Shown here: positions 8,072 through 18,400 of the stretch, in pieces
Numbering within the stretch: position 1 is the first letter of the stretch
Layout: the number at the start of each line of letters is the position of its first letter
IMG/VR virus record: IMGVR_UViG_3300032302_000370
Span: 1 to 26,006 of that record
DNA from: a virus
Taxonomy: Duplodnaviria; Caudoviricetes
Reading direction: 5' to 3' (one strand)
Length of the DNA: 26,006 bases
The notes under the pieces: generated by a model
Databases searched by the model: none
What the model saw: only the letters and a program-made list of their open reading frames with translations
Told to the model about the DNA's origin: nothing
Position numbers and translations under genes: made by a program

Positions 8072-9483
8072 TTATATAATGGTGCTGTTTTACCTATTAA
8101 AATTCCAAATTTATGGCCTGCAGGGTCATCGGGGTAGTCTGCAAAAATATTAGCTCTTCTGTATTTTTTTTCTATTTCTACAAAGCCTCCAATAACCCCT
8201 TTCACCCTAATAGCAGGAAGATAATTTAAAAAAAATTCGCTAAGCCATGTGCTATAAGGATAAATAAACGATCCGTCAAACGTAAATCCTCCTTCTGGTT
8301 CAATCCCCGTACTAAAAGAACGGAGAGAACTAGCGTGACCAAATACAAAAACTGCTCTAGGCCATGTATAATACAAAAACATTTTTGATTTTAATATAGC
8401 TGGTTTTCCAGTCCCGCATGGAATTGCTTTTCCTGATGTTCTTTTGCTTGTTGCGCTTATATCTAAAAAAGTGCCTATATCAATTATATACATTTTATTA
8501 CCTCTATTACCAAATCTTTCATAGACACAATCATCTAATTCTAAATCTATGAAAAAATTTTTTGAAGCACGTGCTGTTTTTGTTGTTTTATCTATTAATT
8601 CTTTTTCATCATCCAAAAATTTAGTTTTCGGATTCGGAATATTAACTTGTATTTTTTCAATTATTTTTTTCTTATCTTCAAAAAATTTATTTAAATTTGT
8701 ATTTAACTCTTGATATCTATGTGAATTATAAGAATTAGGAAAACTTAAGAAGGCGGGGCCGCTGACACCATAATGCCTAGAAGCAAATGAAGCGTAATTA
8801 TTACTACTATATTTCTTCCAAAAATCTTGTGCATAAAAATTATTTACAAATTTTTGTTTCGACACTTCTTGTTTTGCATCATCGATTAAAAATTTAGTTC
8901 TATTAATTATTCTTCCATTAGGATCTCCATCTATTGGTTTAAACGTATATTCATATCTAGTATATTTCATATACTGCAAAGCTCTACCAGAACTAAAGAA
9001 TCCGTACCCGCCTAATGATTCTAGTATTATCGTAGCAAAAGCAATCCAAAAAAGCAATCCTATCAAAGTGGTTGGTATACTCCCAGATGCACAAATTATT
9101 ATAGCGAAAAGATCAGCTATTGGTGGAGTAGCGAATACATTTGCATATAAAGCTGAAGCATTGTATCGTAAATCTGAAATTCCTTTCGGGAAAAACTGTG
9201 TTGGTCTAATTCCCCCAAATCCAAATTCTCCATAAAGTGACTTTCTTTTTTCTTTTATAATTAATTTTAAGTAAGTATCATCAAGTCCTTTGTATCCAAT
9301 ATCTTCCATTATTTTAAATCTTTGTCTAAGTTCTCCAGCGCTTGTATTAAATAAAATATATTCTCTATTAATTGGTATATTTCCAAAAACTGGCACTTTA
9401 TCTAAAACTCTTAAATTTGTAGCCCCTGGTTCTGCTTGGTCAAATTCGACGAATGAATTATCATAACTAGCACTGTAGATCAT
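8068..9483 (-). CDS. Hypothetical protein with a central hydrophobic segment; last gene of the putative structural operon
   Basis: 471-aa ORF with ATGA coupling to the upstream gene. A 30-aa uncharged stretch lies at 9022-9111. Confidence 0.7.
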   Translation of the reverse strand: MIYSASYDNSFVEFDQAEPGATNLRVLDKVPVFGNIPINREYILFNTSAGELRQRFKIMEDIGYKGLDDTYLKLIIKEKRKSLYGEFGFGGIRPTQFFPKGISDLRYNASALYANVFATPPIADLFAIIICASGSIPTTLIGLLFWIAFATIILESLGGYGFFSSGRALQYMKYTRYEYTFKPIDGDPNGRIINRTKFLIDDAKQEVSKQKFVNNFYAQDFWKKYSSNNYASFASRHYGVSGPAFLSFPNSYNSHRYQELNTNLNKFFEDKKKIIEKIQVNIPNPKTKFLDDEKELIDKTTKTARASKNFFIDLELDDCVYERFGNRGNKMYIIDIGTFLDISATSKRTSGKAIPCGTGKPAILKSKMFLYYTWPRAVFVFGHASSLRSFSTGIEPEGGFTFDGSFIYPYSTWLSEFFLNYLPAIRVKGVIGGFVEIEKKYRRANIFADYPDDPAGHKFGILIGKTAPLYN

Positions 9484-10130
9484 GTTAATTGTTTTGGATC
9501 AAAATCTATAAAAGGGGCGTTAAAAGGAATGCCATATCCAACAGGAACCCCTTCATAATTAAAAGCATTTACTAAAATATTTTGAGTCATACTTTGAACA
9601 AGGGTTTGACTTATTTTTTCATTTTCAAAAAATAAACTTTTTCCAACTGCACCAGGAAAAGATGTTAAATACCCAATTATATGATAAGCTTTTCTGCAAG
9701 TTCTTTGACTGTTTGGGTTTTTTAAAACTCCTTTATCAAATTCTAAAGGTGGAATAAATTCAAAAGGCTCTGGAAAACCTGACCAAGGTGGGGAAGCTCT
9801 AGTTTTATCTCCCATAACTTTTACTTGTGCTGATACTGGATATAAATTAGGAGCCAATTTTAGCTCCAGAACAACCATTTGATTAGCTTCAATTTTAATA
9901 TATTCATTTAATCCAACTATAGCATGACCACTTATTACGCCTTCTTCCTGTTGGATCTTTGCTTTCGTAGCATCATCTAAAAGCCCAGTATAAACCATTA
10001 AATCCTTTAAATTAAAGCTTCTCCAAACAAAAGACATTGGATTGACATGAATATACCAATTTGTTCCAGAAAACATCGTCTGCATGCTCCAAGGACCAGA
10101 ACCTGGATCTCTAATTGTTGTATATTTCAT
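9480..10130 (-). CDS. Hypothetical protein (216 aa), possibly tail-associated
   Basis: Coupled by ATGA overlaps on both sides. Rich in Pro and aromatic residues. Function inferred from context only. Confidence 0.7.
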   Translation of the reverse strand: MKYTTIRDPGSGPWSMQTMFSGTNWYIHVNPMSFVWRSFNLKDLMVYTGLLDDATKAKIQQEEGVISGHAIVGLNEYIKIEANQMVVLELKLAPNLYPVSAQVKVMGDKTRASPPWSGFPEPFEFIPPLEFDKGVLKNPNSQRTCRKAYHIIGYLTSFPGAVGKSLFFENEKISQTLVQSMTQNILVNAFNYEGVPVGYGIPFNAPFIDFDPKQLT

Positions 10131-11815
10131 TGATATTGTCCTTTGATAATTATACCAGTTTTCTCTTCATTATTTCTAAATACTTTTAGCATAGCTTGAT
10201 CAATATCATATGATTTAGAGTTATTTCCATAAGATATTCTTAAAATATAAGGGTTTGAAGGGTCAAATTGTAATTCAGTAGTTTTTGTACTGATTTTATT
10301 AGGCTGCAAACTTTCAAAGTCTTTTAAATTTTCAAAAACAATATTATCTTCGCTACCATATATCTTCCAAATACCTGTAAAAGTTTTGTATCCTACATTT
10401 TTAATAATTTTTTGATATACATAATCTGCAAAGTCTGCTATAAAAATTCCAGTAGCATTAACTTCTTTATTTCTTAAATAACCAGAAAATACTCCAGTTG
10501 GCGTTAAATTATCATAATAATCATAACCCCCAGTTAGATTTTGTTGAGAATTCATAATTAATCTATTACCAGCACTAGTTTCAATTTTTATGTAGTTACC
10601 AGAATTTCCAGCATAAGTAGATTTTAACAATAATCCAGATTTATTCGTATAGCCCAAATAATCTACATTAATTATTTCAGATGAAACTTTGTAAGGTTTA
10701 TCTCCGCTATTAAATATTTTATTTAAAGTAGAAATTGAATTAAAATATAAAGGAGGCTCATAAGTAACTGGATCATCAGAAAAAGTCAAGGTATAAAACA
10801 ATTCATCATCTATTTCACTAGAAATTATGAAATAATCATCATTTATAGGATTATTAAAAATTAAAATTCCACTAGCTGTATCTGAACGATTAACCCTTGC
10901 TTGATATGCAAATTCTGGCATACCCGTGACATATTTATTGAATATTATTTTTCCAGAATTTTCTGGCAATACTTTCCCTGTTAATTTTCCAGTTATATTT
11001 CCAATTCCAGATAAATTATTTCTTGGTAGCGGGAAGTTAGGGATTTTTCCGCTTAAAATATATGATCCAGAATAAAAAGCCATGCCACTTCCAAATAGTA
11101 AAGCATTATTTATTATCACTGAACCTGGTATACTCAAAACCCCTGTACCAGGAGAATCAAGTCTAACCGTTAAGAATTCATAAGTTGGAGAATCTGCTCC
11201 TGTTACTAAATATCGTACATTTTTTACAAAACTTAAAGACTGTTTTTCTGTATCATAAAAAGTATCTTTTAAATTCAATGATCCTCCATACACCCCAGAG
11301 TAAACTTTACTTCTATACGCAAAGGGAGATGTTAGTATTTTTCCTTCAAATTTATCTTGAGGTCTAGGTCCAAAAGTTGTGTCTAGATCATCAGGATATG
11401 TAATACTGCTAGATCTTGGTAGTCGTAATCCTTCTGGAGTAGTATATACTGGAAAAATTGGTTTATTAAATTTAGGCGATATTCCAATTGGTTCAACTAA
11501 TAATCCAGTATTAAATCCTTCTGCTTTATATAAACCGCCTTTATCAGTAAATCCATGATCTACTATTGATATCATCCCAGTATATTGTTCAAAAATTATT
11601 CCATTATATTCTGCTCCATATACGTTATCATATCCAGTAATTACTGCTTTTTCAAAATTAGCTTTATATTTATTGTACAAAGAAATGTTTTTTATTTTTA
11701 CGAGGGGTAAAACTTTTTTTACATACTGTTTATTAGCTAAAGCAGATAAATGTCCTTTATCTGGAGTAGCTGTTTTTCCACCCGAAATTAATACTCTTAC
11801 ATAATTAAATTCCAT
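10127..11815 (-). CDS. Putative virion structural protein (562 aa, beta-rich, S/T-G rich)
   Basis: Starts 1 nt after the upstream stop, with an AAGGTG SD-like site. WKIYGSEDNIVF resembles a discoidin-type loop. Contains 25 [ST]G dipeptides. Confidence 0.65.
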   Translation of the reverse strand: MEFNYVRVLISGGKTATPDKGHLSALANKQYVKKVLPLVKIKNISLYNKYKANFEKAVITGYDNVYGAEYNGIIFEQYTGMISIVDHGFTDKGGLYKAEGFNTGLLVEPIGISPKFNKPIFPVYTTPEGLRLPRSSSITYPDDLDTTFGPRPQDKFEGKILTSPFAYRSKVYSGVYGGSLNLKDTFYDTEKQSLSFVKNVRYLVTGADSPTYEFLTVRLDSPGTGVLSIPGSVIINNALLFGSGMAFYSGSYILSGKIPNFPLPRNNLSGIGNITGKLTGKVLPENSGKIIFNKYVTGMPEFAYQARVNRSDTASGILIFNNPINDDYFIISSEIDDELFYTLTFSDDPVTYEPPLYFNSISTLNKIFNSGDKPYKVSSEIINVDYLGYTNKSGLLLKSTYAGNSGNYIKIETSAGNRLIMNSQQNLTGGYDYYDNLTPTGVFSGYLRNKEVNATGIFIADFADYVYQKIIKNVGYKTFTGIWKIYGSEDNIVFENLKDFESLQPNKISTKTTELQFDPSNPYILRISYGNNSKSYDIDQAMLKVFRNNEEKTGIIIKGQYQ

Positions 11816-11816
11816 A

Positions 11817-14800
11817 TTAGCACCTTAATTTTTCGTATAATTCATTTGCATTTGTAACAGATTTCTTTAAGTCTTCTGTTATGTTTTCTTTTTTAGATAC
11901 GTATCCATTTAATAATAATTTTAATCTATTATATATATTCTCTTTACTTCCATAAATGAAATTTTTTGGATTGTTTTTAATTTCTAAACTTATATCTACA
12001 ATATCAGTAGAATTTGCGTAAGTTATTGTAAGATTAAAATTATAACTTTGAATACTATTAGGCATACCATATATTTTTTTATTTACAGAATCATAATTTA
12101 ACCAACTTGGCAAATTATCAAAAGTAGCAGAGTAATTATTATTACCCAAAGGGGTTTTTATATAATATTCAAAGGCTTCTCCAATAAAACCATAAAGACT
12201 TGTGTCACTTGAAATAGAGAGTCCTACTGTTAAATTTATATTTTCTGTAAAAGATTTATTATTTTTAAAAGCTTTTACGACTAAATTATAAGTACCAATA
12301 CTCAAAGCTGTGCCAAAAATTGTATCTCCAAACAAATAAAAATTTTCTGGAAGATTTTCTACTGTAAAATAATCTACTTCTCCATCGGCTGTTATTGTAT
12401 AAGAAAATGGTTTATTAAATTTAGCTTGCGCAGAATTTCCGCTAGTTATTTTAACTACATAAACATTTAAAATTTTTGTATAACTACCACTAGGGTTAAT
12501 GCAAGTCACAAGCAAAGATATTTTTCCAGAAATATTTGGAATACCAGATATGACACCAGTACTTGAATTTATCTGTAAATTCACAGAGCTTAACGCACCT
12601 CCATTTAATAATGTTGCGGAATATGTATAGTTAGTTACTGGATTTAATACTGGTATTCTATAACTTAATTGTGAACCAAAACTTATTTGAGTTATTAAAT
12701 TAGCGTCTGTTATGCCAGTATCAGTTATAAATGGACCAATATTTAAAGTTAAAGTAGCGTAATCTACCTTGCCTTGTCTTTTAATCTCTAATGGTATTGA
12801 ATAAGTGTTAGAAAAGTATGGTGTACCAAAAATTGTATCTCCAAATAAATAGAAATTTTCTGGAAGATTTTTAGCTATAAAATCATCAGGATAACCTTCG
12901 CCAATTATTTTATAGGTAAATGGTTCGGATATTTTACCATTTACAGTTAAATTACTTGTTATTTTTAAAATATTTATTTTTAAAATTTTAGTATCAGATC
13001 CGCCAGCATTTGTAGCAGTTATATTCACTAATTTAACACCATATTCAGTTGGTTTTCCGCTAATTAATCCAGTTACAGAATTTAAAGATAAACCTGCTGG
13101 TAAATTTGTTGCAGAAAAAGTGCAAGGCGCTGAAGCTGCTTGAAATTGAGTTGTAATAGTATAATTATTTGATTCGTAGCTTGTAAAAGTTATATCTAAA
13201 TCACTATTTATTTCTGGCGAAATATTAATAGTAAAAGGCTCTGAGTATGAAGTTGTTATATTGTCCTTATCTATTTTACTTATGAGCACATTTATTGAAA
13301 ATGTATTTGAAACTTGAGGAGTACCATAGATTACTCCATTCAAAGTATCCATGAACAATCCTTCTGGTAAAGTCCCAGTAACACTAAAAGAAGATGGCGC
13401 ACCAGTTGACATTATTTTATAGTCCTGAAATTTTGTTTTGATCTTTCCATTTATTGTATTACTTTGATTCAATATGTCTAGGACATATATGATTAATGGT
13501 TTTTCATCATAAATTCCATTTTTTCTAGCTTTAATATAAACCACATAAATTCCTCCAACAGTTGGGGTTCCAGTTATTGTAAAATTATTTGGATCATAAG
13601 ACAATCCAGGAGGCAAAGAACCAGTGTCTACTTGAATAGAACTTAAATCAATTGGAGTTGACCTTTGATCATCTCTTGTAGCTGTAACGGTATAAGTGAA
13701 ACTGCCATTTCTTTTAGTTACTTTTTCTAAATAACTATTAATGTAAGGTTTATAAAAAGGGGAATCATATATATAAATTTTACCATTAGCATTGCTTTCA
13801 GCACTTACAATCAATTTTGTATTTGTATTAACTGGATTGGGTATTAAAAATCCATTTGTTATATAGAAATTTTTTCCAAATAGCCAAGTATTATTACTTA
13901 AAATATCACTTGGAGATATTGAAACAAATAATTCCCAACGATACAAAACTGTTCCTATCGGATAGTAATCTACGTCTAGTCCTGAAGATGATAGTTTTCT
14001 AAAAATATAAATTTTATTTTGGTTTTTAAATGAAACTAAAACATAATTTCCATTTTCTGCAAATGCCATTTTATCTAAAATTTGACTTTGACTATAGTAA
14101 TTTATTAATTTTGCAAGATCTAAAAGTCCAATAGCATCATCACCATAATAAGCAAAGGAATTCATAGTATTTCCACTATAAGTATAATTAATTAATCTAG
14201 ATCTATTACTATCTGCATTTACATTTCTGATACTATTAGTGGTATAATTTACGCTCTCTATTCCTGGCGCATCAATAAAAACTCCAGGAGTAATGTCTTC
14301 TTTTCCGTAACTATCCCAGCCAGTAGAAGTTCTATTGAATTGCCAAGAACTATATCCAGTAAAAAATAACAAAATTCTTTTACCAGAATTATCTATTAAT
14401 ATTTTATTTATATTTGTTGATGCAAAAATTTTATTCGCATAATAAGGATAGTTTAACATTCTAGAAGTAGCAGGAACCCAAGGGGAAGCTAATGTTGCTT
14501 GTGAAAACTTTTTTCTTAAATTTGTATACAATGTAGCATAAGGAGCAGATAAAGAATCAGAATAATAAATATATAATTTTGTAGTTTCGGATATTGTGTT
14601 ATTAGAATTTCCGTCCCAAATCATTCCATTGTTTGTAGCAATAAACAAATTGTTTATTTGTTTTTTTATTATTGCTCCAGAATTTATTGCACGAGTTGCG
14701 TAAGAATTATGCAATTTAATTTGTATTGTATCTCCAAAATTTATTGTTACAGAGTTACTTTGCGTATTTCCACTTACAGTATACCATCCAAGAGGAGATA

Positions 14801-15437
14801 TACCTGTTCTATAATAATAACTTATTCCATTTATAATTAAATGATCTGCTTGAGAAGCGGAACTAGCCCCAGTAAAATCTGATGCTGTGAAAACTTGAGA
14901 TATAGTAGTTAAACTTCCTCCACCATAATAATATATATTTTTATCATTATAAATTACAGCTCTACCTGTTATATAAGTAGGTTCTAAAGTATCCATGTTT
15001 AAATCATCAATCTCCATTAAAACAAAATCTTCTGTGGGGGGTGAGTTTTGGGGAATGCCTGGATAATTATTTTCTTTTACTGGAGAGTTTATGGTATTGG
15101 TCAAAGACCAACTAGTGCCTACTCTGGAAAATACTTCAAAACTTTTAGCATAAAGTATGAATATTTTACTAAGATCAGGATTGATTTTTAAATCTAACAT
15201 ATTTGGATTAATAGATATTGTAATTTCTTCTGACCAACTAAAACCGCCAGTTATATTTGAATTATAGTATATTTTTAATCTATCTTTAGCTGAATTAACA
15301 GCCAATATTCTCTCTCCTCTTATGCTACTTAATAATATAGATCCATAACCATTTGATCCTCCGCCTGTACAGCCTACCCTACACCCTACAGAGGGTGTCG
15401 ATGAATTATGAGATACTGATATGATTGTTTCTGGCAT
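11817..15437 (-). CDS. Large putative tail/adhesin protein: N-terminal beta-propeller-like region plus 7 He_PIG (putative Ig) repeats
   Basis: Seven repeats of IxS..F.Y.I.....LP.GL......G.I.G.P...G.Y.V at about 11975-13750. N-terminal half has propeller-like blades (FEVFSRVGTSW, IYIF, FGKNF..GKIYIY). Confidence 0.8.
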   Translation of the reverse strand: MPETIISVSHNSSTPSVGCRVGCTGGGSNGYGSILLSSIRGERILAVNSAKDRLKIYYNSNITGGFSWSEEITISINPNMLDLKINPDLSKIFILYAKSFEVFSRVGTSWSLTNTINSPVKENNYPGIPQNSPPTEDFVLMEIDDLNMDTLEPTYITGRAVIYNDKNIYYYGGGSLTTISQVFTASDFTGASSASQADHLIINGISYYYRTGISPLGWYTVSGNTQSNSVTINFGDTIQIKLHNSYATRAINSGAIIKKQINNLFIATNNGMIWDGNSNNTISETTKLYIYYSDSLSAPYATLYTNLRKKFSQATLASPWVPATSRMLNYPYYANKIFASTNINKILIDNSGKRILLFFTGYSSWQFNRTSTGWDSYGKEDITPGVFIDAPGIESVNYTTNSIRNVNADSNRSRLINYTYSGNTMNSFAYYGDDAIGLLDLAKLINYYSQSQILDKMAFAENGNYVLVSFKNQNKIYIFRKLSSSGLDVDYYPIGTVLYRWELFVSISPSDILSNNTWLFGKNFYITNGFLIPNPVNTNTKLIVSAESNANGKIYIYDSPFYKPYINSYLEKVTKRNGSFTYTVTATRDDQRSTPIDLSSIQVDTGSLPPGLSYDPNNFTITGTPTVGGIYVVYIKARKNGIYDEKPLIIYVLDILNQSNTINGKIKTKFQDYKIMSTGAPSSFSVTGTLPEGLFMDTLNGVIYGTPQVSNTFSINVLISKIDKDNITTSYSEPFTINISPEINSDLDITFTSYESNNYTITTQFQAASAPCTFSATNLPAGLSLNSVTGLISGKPTEYGVKLVNITATNAGGSDTKILKINILKITSNLTVNGKISEPFTYKIIGEGYPDDFIAKNLPENFYLFGDTIFGTPYFSNTYSIPLEIKRQGKVDYATLTLNIGPFITDTGITDANLITQISFGSQLSYRIPVLNPVTNYTYSATLLNGGALSSVNLQINSSTGVISGIPNISGKISLLVTCINPSGSYTKILNVYVVKITSGNSAQAKFNKPFSYTITADGEVDYFTVENLPENFYLFGDTIFGTALSIGTYNLVVKAFKNNKSFTENINLTVGLSISSDTSLYGFIGEAFEYYIKTPLGNNNYSATFDNLPSWLNYDSVNKKIYGMPNSIQSYNFNLTITYANSTDIVDISLEIKNNPKNFIYGSKENIYNRLKLLLNGYVSKKENITEDLKKSVTNANELYEKLRC
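12310..12870. repeat. 48-bp direct repeat pair (12310-12357 and 12823-12870) encoding NLPENFYLFGDTIFGT
   Basis: 45 of 48 nt identical, 513 nt (171 codons) apart. All three differences are synonymous. Confidence 0.9.
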
Positions 15438-15440
15438 TTT

Positions 15441-15464
15441 CCTTTTTCCTTATATAATTTACAC
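15441..15464 (-). promoter_or_regulatory. Conserved upstream motif GTGTAA-N9-GGAAAAAGG (candidate late promoter plus RBS)
   Basis: Minus strand reads GTGTAA ATTATATAA GGAAAAAGG AAA ATG. It nearly fills the 27-nt intergenic gap, and a second copy lies at 19297-19320. Confidence 0.65.
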
Positions 15465-18400
15465 TTAATAGCAAGTATAACATATTAAACCGTTAGGTAA
15501 AGTTATAGGTTGAACCTGTAAAAATGTTCCATTCTCTTGTGGACACATAACTTCATTTGTTGAAAAGTATTGATAATCTTCGCAATATGAAATAGAAGAT
15601 GAAGACGAAGAGGAAAAAACAGATGATAAAGAAGAAGAGCTAGAGGAACTAGAGGAGCTGGAAGAATACGAAGACGACGAACTGCTAATACTACTTCCAA
15701 AATTAAAATCTGCATAAGTATGGATTGCTCCAGAATAGTAATCACTTCCTGGCATTCCCATATCTGGATTAGTAGAAATAACAACTTTATTTCCATTTTT
15801 ATTTATATCAAAATTTATATTTTCAAATTGCTTTAAAGTTAATCGGGTTGCTGGATTAATATCTCTTATATTATAATTTCCTAGACCAGTTATTGTTTTT
15901 CCTAATTTCCAATCTTGATTTCCACTATACCATATGTCTAATCTATTTGGTTCATTATCTACGTCATTTTGATAATTATTTCTATAAGATATAAACGCAA
16001 TATTACCTTGGTCATTTAATTTACTTGTTATTTGCATGTCACCAGTTGTAGTACCACTAAAAGGTAGAAATGCTGCCATCTCCCAGGCATTATTATAAGA
16101 ATATATATATGCTCCCATTTCACCAAAATTTATATCTTTTGGATTTTGAGCGATTATTGCTACATCACCTTTGGCATTTAAATCGACGCTGCATCCGAAA
16201 AAGTCGTCTCCTCCTAATACTCCAGTATCAATTATTGTTGAAGTATAATTTGTAATTTGATTAATTTTGTCTTTTTCGTGTATTTTTACAACAAATCTTT
16301 TTTTCGTGGGATCATTTGGAGTGAGTTTATAACCAGAATATTCAGTTGCAATTATTTTATCTCCTGAATTTATAGAAAAATTTAATACCGCCTCATTAAT
16401 TAATAAATTAAAATTATTTTGTATAGATCCAGAAAGTGATTTTATATTTTGATAATAATTATTAACAGTTCCTTCCGTTAGAATTTCAGTTAAAGATAAA
16501 ATATTCCCATTTTTATTTATAAAATTTTTAAAACTACCATTATACTTTTCAGCAACCTCACTAATATAATATGATGAGGCAATAACGCCAACATAACCTG
16601 GAATATTAGATCTATACGGATAATATCCAATAGAAGTTCCACTATAAATATAGTCATTGGTCCACTTGCCTGCTCCACTTGTAAATTGCCATACGCAAGG
16701 GTAACAGTTTGTTATATAATCTCTAGAGTTTTCTAATAAAATAGGAGTATAATCGCACTTAACTCCTCCTATATGAACTTGATTCCCTAATTCATTTATG
16801 CTTACTAAGTTTAATTTATCAGAATCTGTGTAACTTCCTCGATTTATTGATGGATAAAAAGGAGAATTATAATTTGCATCAACTGGATAATTAGGATTGT
16901 AATTTTTTACACTTTGACCAAAAATATTATCTGCAAATATTTCAGAGGTTGGGAAGAATGTTGGATTTATATGTCTTCCTCCAGTTAATTTTACTCTTTG
17001 CACCCAATTTTTATCACCTCCTTCGGTATATATTAAAGCTGCATTTCCGCTAGATACAATCATAATGTTTCCAGCATCATTTACAGCACAATTATTTGCA
17101 AAATATCGATTTCCTGTTAATAATTTTCCAGAATTAATTGGATAATTTGGAGGAACATCTACACTCAATAGAGCTCTTGAGTTGGGCCAAGAAGATTGTA
17201 CCGCCACTACATTTTTTAAATTTCTAAAACCAGTAACATAGAACGTAGGTTCTATTACTCCATAAGAAGCGGGTGCGAGTTTACCACCCCAATCTTTTAC
17301 TGTTCCATCTTTTAATAAAGCTAAACCATGGTCAGGAATTCCCCCAACAGCAATACTTTTTACTTCAGTAAAGTTATTTGCTCCAGTAACAAAAGAATTC
17401 CATTCGGTATATACTGGGTTATTAAGATCTACCGCCTGAGCAGAATATCCAGAAACTGTTCCGTCTTCAAAAAGAACAGCAAATCCATCCGAAATTGTAA
17501 ATTGAATATCAGAAACAATTTTTGATTGATTGTTTAAATTTTTAATCTTATCAATTAAACTATTACCTTTTTCTTGCTTTGCCCATCCAGTGACTTTGTT
17601 ATTTTCTAAAATTAAACATACCCTAGTAGAACCAATCTCTTGATTAAAGATTTTTTTAATATTTGATAATTCATTTCCTTTGCTAAAAAATGTTTTAATT
17701 TCATCAATGTTGCTATATTGATCTCCAGTTCCCCAACCTGTCATTGTGCCATTATTTAATAGAGCAAAAGCGCCATTAGAATTTAGGTTTACACTTTTGA
17801 CACCAGTTAAATTATTTCCGCCAGTAGTGATGTAGCTTGCAATCGGATATATATCCATTGGGGGGTGGGTGTAGTATCCGCTTAATGTGCCATCATTTAA
17901 TAAAGCTATTAAAGCATCATTATAATTAAGGATGGAGTAGTCTTTTACCCCTGTAGCGTATATTCGGCCACCATCAAAACGTAAATTTTCTTGATTATCT
18001 ATGAAAAAATAATCTGCAAAAAAATTGTTAGTACTTATTTTTTTGATATCACTACCCTCTGTAAGTAATGTCTCATTAATCTTATCCATTCTTACTGATA
18101 CGTAATCTTTTATCATTTTAGAACTACTTGAGGAAGATGACGATAAAGAAGAGCTAGAAGACGAAGCTAAAAATTGACTTGAATATATATATGCCCCATT
18201 TGCGCTATTGACCACCATAATATTTCCAGAGCCATTTAAATCTATATTTTTTGTAGCATTTACAAGGTTGCTCAACACTTCTCCTCCAAATAATTGGTTT
18301 TCTTGTCCAATAAATTTTTTATATAAAGACCATTCGTTTGCATTTCCAGAATAAAGATATACAGCTCCTCTGTTCATTCCTCCATTTTCACCGCTATTAT

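Noticed and set aside
12310-12870. Repeat pair as a DGR template/variable repeat
   Set aside because: The three mismatches are synonymous and not adenine-specific, both copies are inside one CDS, and no reverse transcriptase is present in the window.
15588-15720. Glu/Asp-rich reading on the + strand (EDEDEEE...)
   Set aside because: It is the antisense shadow of Ser codons. There are in-frame stops just upstream and no ATG.
10050-17805. Additional + strand TTGACA hexamers antisense to structural genes, and an isolated GTGTAA inside the 1274-aa ORF
   Set aside because: They are not positioned at gene starts, the GTGTAA lacks the GGAAAAAGG partner, and single hexamers are expected by chance at this AT content.
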